64,000 bases of DNA from assembly GCA_902555985.1 (NCBI GenBank), contig CACDUI010000005.1, positions 508-64,507 on the forward strand. The letters are read 5' to 3'. Below are positions 1 through 9,537 of this stretch, in pieces (the stretch's first letter is position 1; each line of letters starts with the position of its first letter). The notes beneath the pieces were generated by a model. It was not told the DNA's origin. It worked only from the letters and a program-made list of their open reading frames with translations, and did no database searches. This DNA is from an uncultured Candidatus Actinomarina sp. Lineage in GTDB: Bacteria > Actinomycetota > Acidimicrobiia > Actinomarinales > Actinomarinaceae. Position numbers and translations under genes: made by a program.

Positions 1-11
1 AAACATCAATT

Positions 12-719
12 ATGCAAAGCATTGACGATTTAGAGGGTGAAGAGTTGAAAAAGTTTCGAAGAAATATTCAAATGATATTTCAAGATCCATATGAATCATT
101 AAATCCAAGGTGGAATATCAAAGATATAATTCTTGAACCGTTAAATATTCATAACATAGGAGATTTAAATGACAGAGAAGAAGCTGTATATCAAATACTA
201 AAAACTGTAGGCTTAACCCCGCCTGAAAACTATATGCCTAGATATCCACACGAACTTTCTGGTGGCCAAAGGCAAAGAGTTTCTATTGCAAGAACTTTAA
301 TTATGAAACCTAAATTTGTAGTTTGCGACGAACCTACATCAATGTTGGATGTTTCTATTCGTATTTCTATTATGGATTTAATGTTGAATCTTGCAAGGGA
401 TTTAGAAGTTTCTTATCTCTATATAACTCACGATTTGGCAGTCGCAAGATATATGTGTGATCGAATAGCTGTTATGTTTAATGGAAAAATTGTTGAAATT
501 GCTGAGACAGAAGAATTATTAAGTAACCCAATTCATCCTTATACTAAACGTTTAATCTCTTCTATACCTATTCCTGATCCCACTTACAAAAGGGAAAAGT
601 ATGAACTAAATTTTTCAGAATTAGACAATATTATTGCTAATAATTCCAACGACTCTGGAATGGCAGAAATAAACGATGGTCACTATGTGGCTACACATGA
701 TGTAAAAGGGCTTCTTTGA
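12..719 (+). CDS. Oligopeptide/dipeptide ABC transporter ATP-binding subunit (OppF/AppF type), 5'-truncated by window edge
   Basis: QMIFQDP Q-loop, LSGGQRQR signature, VVCDEPT Walker B, ITHD switch, HPYT C-terminal oligopeptide domain; Walker A is absent and the frame is open to the window start. Confidence 0.93.
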   Translation: MQSIDDLEGEELKKFRRNIQMIFQDPYESLNPRWNIKDIILEPLNIHNIGDLNDREEAVYQILKTVGLTPPENYMPRYPHELSGGQRQRVSIARTLIMKPKFVVCDEPTSMLDVSIRISIMDLMLNLARDLEVSYLYITHDLAVARYMCDRIAVMFNGKIVEIAETEELLSNPIHPYTKRLISSIPIPDPTYKREKYELNFSELDNIIANNSNDSGMAEINDGHYVATHDVKGLL

Positions 720-1246
720 ACTTTAAGGATATTCTCCTCCTTCCAAATTTAATTACTTTATTTAGATTTTTTTCTGCTATTTACTTATTTTTTTATTATT
801 CTCCACAAGATTTTAATGTTTTTATATTAGTTTCTATCATTGCAATAATTGGCCTTTCAGATTCATTAGATGGGATTGTCGCAAGAAGATATAATCTTGT
901 ATCTGAATTAGGGGTTATTCTAGATCCATTAACAGATAGGATAGTTTTTATTATTCTATTATTTTGGTTAAATATATTTATTCCAAATAGTTTAATTTAT
1001 GCAATTTTGCTTCGTGAATTTTTAGTATTAATAGGGTCTCTATATGTATTGATTAAAGGATTAAAAATTAATGTTTCCAATAAGGGTAAATTTGCTACTG
1101 TTTTGTTATTCATTAATATATGTCTATTTGTTATAAACTCTTCTTTAAGTATTCCTTTTATCAATCAATTAACTGTTATTGTTATAATTTTTTACTTTTA
1201 TGTTGCAATTGAATATTTGTACAACTTAATATATAAGAGTGGATAA
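716..1246 (+). CDS. CDP-alcohol phosphatidyltransferase (PgsA2/cardiolipin synthase-like)
   Basis: PNLITLFR and DSLDGIVARR...G..LDPLTD motifs; hydrophobic; lies before garA as in actinobacteria. Confidence 0.9.
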   Translation: MNFKDILLLPNLITLFRFFSAIYLFFYYSPQDFNVFILVSIIAIIGLSDSLDGIVARRYNLVSELGVILDPLTDRIVFIILLFWLNIFIPNSLIYAILLREFLVLIGSLYVLIKGLKINVSNKGKFATVLLFINICLFVINSSLSIPFINQLTVIVIIFYFYVAIEYLYNLIYKSG

Positions 1247-1586
1247 TCAGACAATACCGTTCGACTCAGCAGGTAATTCAGCTGATGATCCTCTTTATAT
1301 ACTTTCATTATTAAATAATGAACTAATGTCATATTCTTGGAAATTAATTAATAAAGATTACAATATTGGCAGGTCATCAAGTAATAGTGTAATTCTAGAT
1401 GACGTCACTGTATCAAGAGAGCACGCAATTCTTACAGTTAGCAACAACTCACCATATATAAAAGATACAAACTCTACAAACGGCACATACGTAAACAATG
1501 AACTTATTCAAGAATGTAAACTAAAATCAGGTGATAAGATTCAAATAGGAAAATATTTACTGCTACTTACTGAGGTTAGTAAGTGA
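1239..1586 (+). CDS. garA: FHA-domain protein, GarA/OdhI-like
   Basis: FHA motifs IGR, LDDVTVSREHA, STNGTYVN, GDKIQIGKY; N-terminal Thr (QTIPF); synteny with MerR and DUF151 genes. Confidence 0.8.
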   Translation: MDNQTIPFDSAGNSADDPLYILSLLNNELMSYSWKLINKDYNIGRSSSNSVILDDVTVSREHAILTVSNNSPYIKDTNSTNGTYVNNELIQECKLKSGDKIQIGKYLLLLTEVSK

Positions 1587-2161
1587 ATATTGGAGAAGTT
1601 GTAAAAAAGTTACAAGTAAAACATCCATCTGTAACTATTTCTAGAATACGTTTCTTAGAAAAAGAAGGTTTAGTTAATATCAAACGTTCTCAAGGTGGAA
1701 CAAGAAAATTTTCAAATAATGATATTGAAAGAATATCAAAAATAATATCATTACAAGAAACAGAATTTTATAGTTTAAAAGCTATAAAGAATAATCCATC
1801 GTTATTTAAAAACAGTAAATCTAAAAGTATTACTATTGATAGTTACTCACTAAGAGATTTACTTAAACAAGCAGGATTGAATAAAGAACAGTACAATTCA
1901 TTAATCTCATATGGTTTTGAAGAAGAGAAAGATGATTACAACAATAAAGATTTATTAAGATTAAAGTCATGGTCCTATTTCTACTCTATAGGTCTTGAAC
2001 CTAAAAACTTTTCTGTTTTAAAGTCGATAAATGAACGTTCAGGTGATTTTGTTGAATTTATTAATAGTTTATTGCCTGATGATACAAATGCAGATAAAGA
2101 AATAATTATTAAAAATTATTCAAATTTAATCAGGAGTTATTTATTAAAAAACAATTTTTGA
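1583..2161 (+). CDS. MerR-family transcriptional regulator (Rv1828/FtsR-like)
   Basis: IGEVV...VTISRIRFLEKEGLV..R..GG.RKF MerR HTH; follows garA. Confidence 0.85.
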   Translation: MNIGEVVKKLQVKHPSVTISRIRFLEKEGLVNIKRSQGGTRKFSNNDIERISKIISLQETEFYSLKAIKNNPSLFKNSKSKSITIDSYSLRDLLKQAGLNKEQYNSLISYGFEEEKDDYNNKDLLRLKSWSYFYSIGLEPKNFSVLKSINERSGDFVEFINSLLPDDTNADKEIIIKNYSNLIRSYLLKNNF

Positions 2162-3225
2162 TATTTACTGTTTTATTATTTGTAACATCATCATCGATTG
2201 CTGTTGAATTAGAAGAGGATCTAGTATCTACTGATTATTATTTATCATATGATATAGAGAATAATTCTATTTTGCATGATAAGAACATAAACGAACCTAT
2301 ATCACCGGCTTCTATTACTAAATTAATGACAGCATTGTTACTTTATGAAAATTCAAATTTGGATGATTTAGTGACAATATCTTACCCAAAAGATTATTCT
2401 TTCGAAGGTAAAGTTGCATATCTTAATAAAGGTTCTGTAGTTTCTGCAGAACAATTAATAGAATTCTTATTAGTGTTTTCTGCAAATGATGCCGCTTATG
2501 CCTCTGCAGAATACGTTTCTGGTAGTACAAATGAATTTATTAAGTTAATGAATTTAAGAGCTAACCAGTTAAACATGGATAATACAAATTTTAAAAATCC
2601 TGATGGTTTAGATGAAATAGATCACTACACAACATTGAATGATTTGTTATCACTGTCTAAATATATTTTAGAAAATACCAAACTGATCGATATTACAAAT
2701 AAATCAAAATTTTATTACGATCAAGATGGGGAAGTCAAAGAATACAAAAATACAAATTTACTTATAGATGATGGTTTTATAGGTATGAAAACTGGGTGGA
2801 CCTCAAATGCCGGATTAACGTTTGTCGGTTATAACCAAGGAAATAATAGAAATATTATCACTATAGTTAACAAATCTTTTGTTGATAAGGACAAGCAAAC
2901 ACATTTTCAAGACACAAAAATACTATATAATGAATCAATAAATAATTTTTACATGAGTACGATTTTAAACGAATCCACACCTGTATACAAGATTATCAAT
3001 CCATTGACAGATAAAAGATTTTTGGCTGTATCAAGTATCACAAAATTTGGGTATAAAGATATAAAAACCAATATAGATTTAAATAAAATAATTAAAAATA
3101 GTGTAAGTTTTTCAAATAATTTTGACAATGAATTAATAGAAATTCAAATAAATGATTCTAGAAATTCAATAAATTATGAATTTCTAAAGTCAAATATTTT
3201 ATTCAAAATATTTTCATCTAGTTAG
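2158..3225 (+). CDS. D-alanyl-D-alanine carboxypeptidase (peptidase S11)
   Basis: PASITKLMT (SxxK), SANDAA (SxN), FKNPDGL, GMKTGWT (KTG); N-terminal signal-like segment. Confidence 0.92.
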   Translation: MIFTVLLFVTSSSIAVELEEDLVSTDYYLSYDIENNSILHDKNINEPISPASITKLMTALLLYENSNLDDLVTISYPKDYSFEGKVAYLNKGSVVSAEQLIEFLLVFSANDAAYASAEYVSGSTNEFIKLMNLRANQLNMDNTNFKNPDGLDEIDHYTTLNDLLSLSKYILENTKLIDITNKSKFYYDQDGEVKEYKNTNLLIDDGFIGMKTGWTSNAGLTFVGYNQGNNRNIITIVNKSFVDKDKQTHFQDTKILYNESINNFYMSTILNESTPVYKIINPLTDKRFLAVSSITKFGYKDIKTNIDLNKIIKNSVSFSNNFDNELIEIQINDSRNSINYEFLKSNILFKIFSSS

Positions 3226-3256
3226 CACTATTTCACTTCAAGATTACTCTTTTATT

Positions 3257-3736
3257 ATGAGTGAGAAAGTAGTTGTAGAAGTTTCTGGTATAAGACTTGA
3301 AGAAGATTCAGAGACTCCAATTATGCTTCTTCAGGATCCTAAAACTTTTAGATTTCTACCGATATGGATAGGTACAATTGAAGCTGTATCTATAGCTTAC
3401 GCACAAGAAGGATATGTTCACCCAAGACCTCAAACGCACGATCTACTTATAGATATTGTAGAGTCGTTGAATGCATCAATTTCTGAGGTTTGTATTACTG
3501 ATATAAAAGAGAAAACATATTTTGCTGAAATTACATTAAGCACTTTAGAGGGAAATGTTACTTTGTCATCTAGACCAAGCGATGCCATTGCATTAGCAAT
3601 AAGGTCTGATTCTAAAATTACTGTTGATAATGAATTATTTAGTAGTAATTCAATCATATTAATTGAAGAAAATAACGAAGAAATACAAGAATTTAAGCAG
3701 TTTATTGATGATATTTCTCCAGAGGATTTTTCCTAA
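3257..3736 (+). CDS. Bifunctional nuclease family protein (DUF151, Rv1829-like)
   Basis: LPIWIG, RPQTHDL, SRPSDAIALA motifs and C-terminal FKQFIDDISPEDF. Confidence 0.92.
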   Translation: MSEKVVVEVSGIRLEEDSETPIMLLQDPKTFRFLPIWIGTIEAVSIAYAQEGYVHPRPQTHDLLIDIVESLNASISEVCITDIKEKTYFAEITLSTLEGNVTLSSRPSDAIALAIRSDSKITVDNELFSSNSIILIEENNEEIQEFKQFIDDISPEDFS

Positions 3737-3762
3737 ATCCTTGATTAACTGTTTTTATCTAG

Positions 3763-3768
3763 TAGATT
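3763..3768 (+). promoter_or_regulatory. Putative sigma-A -10 box of a leaderless transcript (TAGATT, 6 nt before ATG 3775); -35-like TTGATT at 3741-3746
   Basis: TANNNT-N6-ATG geometry recurring at many gene starts in this window. Confidence 0.55.
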
Positions 3769-3774
3769 GAAACT

Positions 3775-4215
3775 ATGCAACAGGGTTATACAGGTCCAGA
3801 AGTTTGTAATATAACTGGGATATCATATAGACAATTAGATCATTGGACGTCAACGAACCTTATTAATGCTTCATTAAGAAACATAAAAGGGTCAGGATTT
3901 CATAGACTCTATTCGTTTAACGATATTGTATTAGTAAAACTAGTTAATAAATTGCGAGATGCAGGAATAAGTTTACAGAAAATTAGAATCGCATTAAAGA
4001 ATGTCTCTACACTTTTAGGTAAGAATAAAAACATTACAGATGTATCTATATTTTCGGATGGAACATCAATTTATGTATTAACTGATAGCGATCAAATGAT
4101 TGATTTACTCAAAAAAGGGCAAGCTGTATTCGGAATTTCTTTAGGGCCAGTTCACACTGAAACGGAAGCAGAAATTTTTTCTTTATATCCAGAAAAAATT
4201 TCTCAAAAAATTTAA
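3775..4215 (+). CDS. MerR-family transcriptional regulator (Rv1830-like)
   Basis: GYTGPEVC..TGISYRQLDHW, GSGFHRLYSFND, GISLQKIR, GQAVFGI motifs typical of this actinobacterial family. Confidence 0.9.
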   Translation: MQQGYTGPEVCNITGISYRQLDHWTSTNLINASLRNIKGSGFHRLYSFNDIVLVKLVNKLRDAGISLQKIRIALKNVSTLLGKNKNITDVSIFSDGTSIYVLTDSDQMIDLLKKGQAVFGISLGPVHTETEAEIFSLYPEKISQKI

Positions 4216-4547
4216 TGAAATTTGCTCATTATTCAGAAAATATTTTCGCTGAACACTTAGATCTATTTAATATCGAATGGATTTATGAACCTACAAGCTT
4301 CCCACTCAAGTGGGGTAGTGGTGCTATAAAAATGATGTTTACTCCTGATTTTTACTTGCCACAACTAGATACATTTGTTGAAATAACAACCATGAATCAA
4401 AATTTAATAACAAAAAAACAAAAGAAAATTAAATTAGCTAAGAAATTGTATCCTCAATATAAATTTAAGTTAATTAATGAATCTCAGTTTTATAATTTTT
4501 TAAATAGTGATAATGAGTCTTTAGTTAAGGAAGCTATCGCTAGCTGA
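4215..4547 (+). CDS. Small PD-(D/E)XK nuclease-fold protein of unknown function
   Basis: SE..FA..LD, WIYEP..F, FTPDFYLP, FVEITT motifs; TAATG coupling to upstream MerR gene. Confidence 0.65.
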   Translation: MKFAHYSENIFAEHLDLFNIEWIYEPTSFPLKWGSGAIKMMFTPDFYLPQLDTFVEITTMNQNLITKKQKKIKLAKKLYPQYKFKLINESQFYNFLNSDNESLVKEAIAS

Positions 4548-5462
4548 ATACTTTATAAGCTCTAAAGGATTTTTTATTCCTGTTAATTTAGCCATTTCTA
4601 ATTCTTTGAGTACATTTGTACTACTCATAAGCCTATTGTCTGTATTTAATGAAATATTGAAACCTAAGTCATATAATTTAGCTATTGGATGTTCATATAC
4701 ATCGGTGTACATATTTGTGTGTATGTTTGATGTAATACATATTTCCAGTGGGATTTGTTCTTTTAAAATATAATCAGCTGTTTGCCCAAGGGAGTTGTCT
4801 GCATTTACATCTTCTATTATTCGCACTCCATGTCCAATTCTTTTAGCTCCATTATCAAGAGCATCTTGTATAGAATGTACACCGTCACCTTCTCCAGCAT
4901 GAATAGTTATATTAACTCCTGCGTCACTTATTTTTGTAAAACTATCTTTATACAGTGATGGAAGGAAGTTGTATTCAGGCCCGGCTATATCAAATCCTAT
5001 AATTTTGTCTTTAAATTCTACAGCTAAATCTGCTACAGCTTTTACATTTGCATGATCATGGCGCATCCCACAAAGAATTAACCCTGAAATAATTCCTTTT
5101 TCTTTTTCTGCTTGTTTAAATCCAGAATTTATTGCATCAATGACATCAACGGGGGACAAGGTATTATTTACTGAATAAAATGGCGCATATCTTGATTCAT
5201 AAAAATTTATGCCATTATCACTCATATCTGCAGCTGCTTCATACGCAATTTGTTCAATATTTTCAAATGTTTGCATTAAAGCTATTGTATGTGTGAAAGC
5301 TTCTAGATAATCTTCTAATGATTCACAATTAGATCTATCAAAAAATTTGTTAACATCGTCTATTTCATTTATAGGTTTATATTCAATTCTTTTTGCTATT
5401 TCTTTAGCAGTAGAAGCACGTAAACCGCCATCTAGATGGTCATGGAGAATTTGATTACTCAT
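4521..5462 (-). CDS. add: Adenosine deaminase
   Basis: LHDHLDGG, GFDIAGPE, TIHAGE, RIGHG, NTDNRLMS motifs. Confidence 0.92.
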   Translation of the reverse strand: MSNQILHDHLDGGLRASTAKEIAKRIEYKPINEIDDVNKFFDRSNCESLEDYLEAFTHTIALMQTFENIEQIAYEAAADMSDNGINFYESRYAPFYSVNNTLSPVDVIDAINSGFKQAEKEKGIISGLILCGMRHDHANVKAVADLAVEFKDKIIGFDIAGPEYNFLPSLYKDSFTKISDAGVNITIHAGEGDGVHSIQDALDNGAKRIGHGVRIIEDVNADNSLGQTADYILKEQIPLEICITSNIHTNMYTDVYEHPIAKLYDLGFNISLNTDNRLMSSTNVLKELEMAKLTGIKNPLELIKYSASDSFLN

Positions 5463-5500
5463 AACGCAACATAATATATATTATAGGACAAACAACAAGT

Positions 5501-6388
5501 TTAGATAATTTCACTAATTACACTCTCCTTATGTGTTAATGGTAGCCAATGATCAGCATTTTTAACTTCTTTAACCGCTACATTTGATCCTGAAATTTTT
5601 AATCTATTAATCATCTTGTCATTTAATTTTACTGCAGCATCATTCTCACCAAATAAAAAAGTAACTTCTGTGTCAATAGTCCTTCTCCATTGCTTTGAGA
5701 TCTCTAAATTAAGATCTATGTTCGAATACCACGATATAGATTGTTTTAAACCGTTCTGAAAATGGTTAACTAATGAATCGATATCAATATTATGAATTTT
5801 GTTGGCGTAGTTATGGGTAGTAAATAAACTTTTTAACGATAAATCTAACAAACCATAATCAATTTTCGGTGTTACTCGGTAAGCAGATCTAAAGAATAAA
5901 TCTAGATTTTTTGTAAGTAATTTATCTGCTTCCTCAGAATTTTGAAATGAACTAATATAATGCTGACCAGACTCAAAAACTAAATTATCATAAACACTTG
6001 TTGATGGGAACTCAGTACCACCACAAATTAATATTAGTTTATCAATCTCTACCTGTCCTCTGCTAGCTACAGCCCACGCAACAATAGAACCCCAGTCATG
6101 TCCGACTATGACAAGCTTATTAGTTAGTTGTATTTTGTTTATTAACTTTTCAATATCTAATGATAAATTTTCAATATTAAAGTCACTTACTATAGAATCT
6201 TCAATGGATGACAGAGGGTATCCTCGTTGTTCAACAACTGTAACTCTTAATTTATCTTTTAATTCGTTTTTTAAATCATTCCAAAAATACATATTAGAAG
6301 GGAATCCATGTAGAAATAACACATCTCTCCCCTCTCCTTCAGTTATATAAGACAATTCGAAATCTTCTAATTGTAATTTATTTATCAT
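5501..6388 (-). CDS. Alpha/beta hydrolase, epoxide hydrolase-like
   Basis: FLHGFP, GHDWG nucleophile elbow, C-terminal DHW catalytic His. Confidence 0.88.
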   Translation of the reverse strand: MINKLQLEDFELSYITEGEGRDVLFLHGFPSNMYFWNDLKNELKDKLRVTVVEQRGYPLSSIEDSIVSDFNIENLSLDIEKLINKIQLTNKLVIVGHDWGSIVAWAVASRGQVEIDKLILICGGTEFPSTSVYDNLVFESGQHYISSFQNSEEADKLLTKNLDLFFRSAYRVTPKIDYGLLDLSLKSLFTTHNYANKIHNIDIDSLVNHFQNGLKQSISWYSNIDLNLEISKQWRRTIDTEVTFLFGENDAAVKLNDKMINRLKISGSNVAVKEVKNADHWLPLTHKESVISEII

Positions 6389-7053
6389 ATAAGCTTATTT
6401 TTTCTCAATATAACAATTGATAAACATATTGCAAAAAATAACCATTGAAAAGCATAACTTAAATGTGGTGCATCATATGGCTCCGTGAGGTTGATACACT
6501 CAATATTTTTTCCACATTCTTCTGTTAATGTTATGTAATATTTCTGTAAAGCTATATTTTTTTCATTTTCTATAAATAACTTATCTACTCTAAATAAATA
6601 ATTCGATTGGGATATATCATCCTGTCCAATAGTCTGTGTGTCATAAGTCATTAATTTTCCAATATATTTAAAATCTTCAAATTTATCTATCGAATCTAAA
6701 TTAAAATCAAGAGGAACCCATCCCCTGTTAACAATCATGTAATTACTATAATTATCAGAGATAAGGTCAATTCTGTTATATCCATTCTGTCCATTATGTA
6801 CCCTAGACCTTAAAAGCCATGTGTCTAATAAGGATATAGTCTCATCAATTTGAATATACTGGAATTCAGACAAATTATTTACATCTGATATAGATACTTC
6901 TAATAAATTTTCATATTGAGTAAGACTTTCTAAATTATTTGTATCATCATAATGACTTGATATCTGCCAATAAGATAATCCAAGAAAAATTATGACAATA
7001 ATAAATCCTAAGTAAAACAGGACTTTGAAAGGTAACTTTTCTAACTTTCCCAA
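6385..7053 (-). CDS. SURF1 family cytochrome oxidase biogenesis protein
   Basis: L..WQ, VNRGWVP, HLSYAFQWLFF motifs, two terminal TM helices. Confidence 0.92.
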   Translation of the reverse strand: MGKLEKLPFKVLFYLGFIIVIIFLGLSYWQISSHYDDTNNLESLTQYENLLEVSISDVNNLSEFQYIQIDETISLLDTWLLRSRVHNGQNGYNRIDLISDNYSNYMIVNRGWVPLDFNLDSIDKFEDFKYIGKLMTYDTQTIGQDDISQSNYLFRVDKLFIENEKNIALQKYYITLTEECGKNIECINLTEPYDAPHLSYAFQWLFFAICLSIVILRKNKLI

Positions 7054-8471
7054 CTAGTATCTCCTCTTCGTTTGTCACCAAATGAAAAAATACTGTTACT
7101 TAATCCTGAAACACAAACTCCTCCAAAATACATATCGTATTTTTCAGTTATGGTTATGTCATTATCATTATCTAATGAGCCAGGTTCTGCTCTAACAGTA
7201 CCATCTCCATTTACGTGAAATCTTGGTTCATCAATTGCTTGTTTCCAGTTTTTACTTTTTGAATAATTTATTAATACTTGTGCAATTGCAGAACTAATTC
7301 TGTCAGCTCCTGGTGATCCAATTGTGCTTACACCTTCATTTGTTTCAATAATAAGGGGGCTCATATTTGATATTAACCTATCGCCTCTTGTATCACCAAG
7401 AAATCCTTGAGGGTTGAGCTCAACCTCTCCCAGAGAGTTATTAAAATACATTCCGGTATTTTTGCAGAGAACTCCAGAACCATATCCACTTGAAAAGGTA
7501 ATGGAGAAATGATTATTAGCTTCATCTGAAGTGTTTGCTTGTATTGTTGAAGATGATTGAGTAATCTTATTAATTTCGTTATTTATAAATTCACTTCTGT
7601 TACCAAAAAATTCGTAATTTTTCTGTCTATCAATGTAGACATTTTTCAATGTTTCTGCCTTGTTGTCAGATTTGATTGAAAGACCTTCTAAATATTTCAG
7701 TACCATTAGTCCCCCTATAGATGGACCTGCATGACCGGTTAATATTAAATCTTTGTATTTGTAATTAAATTTGTTTTCTGAAATTAAGTCATAATTATTA
7801 AAGTCATCAGCAGTAGCATGACCACCTTCATGTTCCAAGGTTTCAAGAATGGATTTTGATATATCACCAGTATAAAAATCATTGAATCCCTCGGTAGACA
7901 TATAACTATATGTGTCTGAAAGTTTTTCAAGTTTTACAATTCCATTATCTAGATCTTGATAAACGCTATTTAAAACATTCTTTGAGTATTCATGCCACAT
8001 AAACATTGGTTCCAGTGAATGTATAAAGTAGTCTTTTGTTGGTTGTGTTAATTTAAAGCCATCTTTGGCAATCTTTATTGGATATTCTAATAATTTATCC
8101 AAAGGTAGTGATGCATATCTTTCATAAACAAAATCTAGTATTTTATATATACCTGGAACCGCAAAAGTATTTCCTCCTTTACATGTTTCAACATGTCCAC
8201 CGTATGTCATAGAAATTCTGTGTTCTTCATGATCGTTTCCATCAAATGATTTAGGTGCAACAAAGTAACCATCTATTGTATGTTTTGTGTTCTTTTGACC
8301 ATCATAATAAGACAGTAATCCTGATGCAGTTGGAGACACTACACCAAGGTCAGTAACCATTGAGGTAATTACACTAACAATTAAAATATCTGCAGCATTT
8401 GGATTCAAATCATTGATAGATTCAGCTGCTTTAGAACTATATTCTGCTGTACTCGCTAAAGAAACTTTCAT
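7041..8471 (-). CDS. Gamma-glutamyltransferase family (Ntn hydrolase), divergent
   Basis: AVPG, A..GF, FY.G.I, GYGSGV...GMYFNN, SNMSP, GSPGADRI, PRFH, D.RRG motifs. Confidence 0.85.
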   Translation of the reverse strand: MKVSLASTAEYSSKAAESINDLNPNAADILIVSVITSMVTDLGVVSPTASGLLSYYDGQKNTKHTIDGYFVAPKSFDGNDHEEHRISMTYGGHVETCKGGNTFAVPGIYKILDFVYERYASLPLDKLLEYPIKIAKDGFKLTQPTKDYFIHSLEPMFMWHEYSKNVLNSVYQDLDNGIVKLEKLSDTYSYMSTEGFNDFYTGDISKSILETLEHEGGHATADDFNNYDLISENKFNYKYKDLILTGHAGPSIGGLMVLKYLEGLSIKSDNKAETLKNVYIDRQKNYEFFGNRSEFINNEINKITQSSSTIQANTSDEANNHFSITFSSGYGSGVLCKNTGMYFNNSLGEVELNPQGFLGDTRGDRLISNMSPLIIETNEGVSTIGSPGADRISSAIAQVLINYSKSKNWKQAIDEPRFHVNGDGTVRAEPGSLDNDNDITITEKYDMYFGGVCVSGLSNSIFSFGDKRRGDTSWES

Positions 8472-8514
8472 TTAAACAGTGTAGTTTATAACTTTTATAT
8501 GCAAAAATATATAT

Positions 8515-9438
8515 ATGAAACAGGACATTATAAAGTTTGATGAAAATATTTATCAAATTGACGTATTTATGGAAAATAAACCTGGTCGTATGTCTTGTTA
8601 TTATATTGATTCAACGAACCCCATATTGATAGAAGTAGGACCATCTAAATCATTCCCCTACCTTATATCAAGCCTCGAATCCTTAGGAATCAATGAAGTA
8701 AAAAGATCGGCAATGACTCATTTACATTTAGATCATATAGGAGGAATCGGTCACATGGTAGAAAAATATAAAGAACATTTTGTTTATATTCACGAACTGG
8801 GTATCAAACACCTTCCTAATCCAGAAAAATTATGGAAAGCTGTATCTGAAGTTTATACAGAAGAGTGGTTAACAACCAATTGGGGTGAAATTAAACCGAC
8901 TCCAATAAATAATCTTCGTTCACTTAAAGATAAAGAACTTATAGATCTTGGAAAAGGCAGAAAATTAGAAGCTATATACGGACCAGGTCACGCAAAGCAT
9001 CATTACACATTTTATGATGAATATTCTAAAACTCTTTTTATGGGAGATACATTAGGATTAATTTATCCCCATGGTAATTTTGTACAACCAAACCTTCCAC
9101 CTCCTGATTTTAATAAAGAAGTTTTATTTAATACTTTAGATGAATTGTATAAGCTAGATCTTAATTATTTAGCACTAGCCCATTTTGGAATTCATAATAA
9201 TCCCTACGAATTGATAATAAATGCAAAACAAAATATAGAAGAATGGATAGTTTTTATTAATAATTTGAATGATATGTCAGATGAATTTGCTATTGAATCT
9301 ATAAGAAGTTGGGTAAGGGGTAATTATGAATTTCTTAATATTGACAAAAATACTATCGATAATTATATAAACAATGCTAATTTTGAAATGCAAATAAATG
9401 GAATCAGGAATTATCTAATAAATAAGAAAAACCCCTAG
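8515..9438 (+). CDS. MBL-fold metallo-hydrolase
   Basis: THLHLDHIGG, PGHAKHH, FMGD, AHFG motifs. Confidence 0.9.
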   Translation: MKQDIIKFDENIYQIDVFMENKPGRMSCYYIDSTNPILIEVGPSKSFPYLISSLESLGINEVKRSAMTHLHLDHIGGIGHMVEKYKEHFVYIHELGIKHLPNPEKLWKAVSEVYTEEWLTTNWGEIKPTPINNLRSLKDKELIDLGKGRKLEAIYGPGHAKHHYTFYDEYSKTLFMGDTLGLIYPHGNFVQPNLPPPDFNKEVLFNTLDELYKLDLNYLALAHFGIHNNPYELIINAKQNIEEWIVFINNLNDMSDEFAIESIRSWVRGNYEFLNIDKNTIDNYINNANFEMQINGIRNYLINKKNP

Positions 9439-9455
9439 TTTCCTAGGGGCTCTTC
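9425..9455 (-). terminator. Intrinsic terminator hairpin, probably the ancestral rrn terminator; overlaps the stop codon of the convergent MBL gene
   Basis: CCCCTAG-tttc-CTAGGGG stem with an A-run on + (U-run on -), directly after the displaced 5S 3' fragment. Confidence 0.75.
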
Positions 9456-9456
9456 A

Positions 9457-9484
9457 TTAAAAGTTTGCAGTGTCCTACTCTCCC
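9457..9484 (-). repeat. Duplicated 3' end of 5S rRNA (att-like site)
   Basis: 26/28 identity to 10256-10283; perfect 18-bp core GCAGTGTCCTACTCTCCC at 9467-9484 and 10266-10283. Confidence 0.92.
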
Positions 9485-9507
9485 CGTGGTTTCCTATAAT
9501 TCCGGAT

Positions 9508-9532
9508 GAAACTGAGCCAAAACTGAGCCAAA
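9508..9532. repeat. 25-bp direct repeat copy 1 (tandem AACTGAGCCAA x2), arm-type site candidate
   Basis: GAAACTGAGCCAAAACTGAGCCAAA, identical to 10176-10200. Confidence 0.95.
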
Positions 9533-9537
9533 ATTAA

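Noticed and set aside
9457-9495. Second functional 5S rRNA gene
   Set aside because: Only about 30-40 nt of the 3' end is present; treated as an att remnant.
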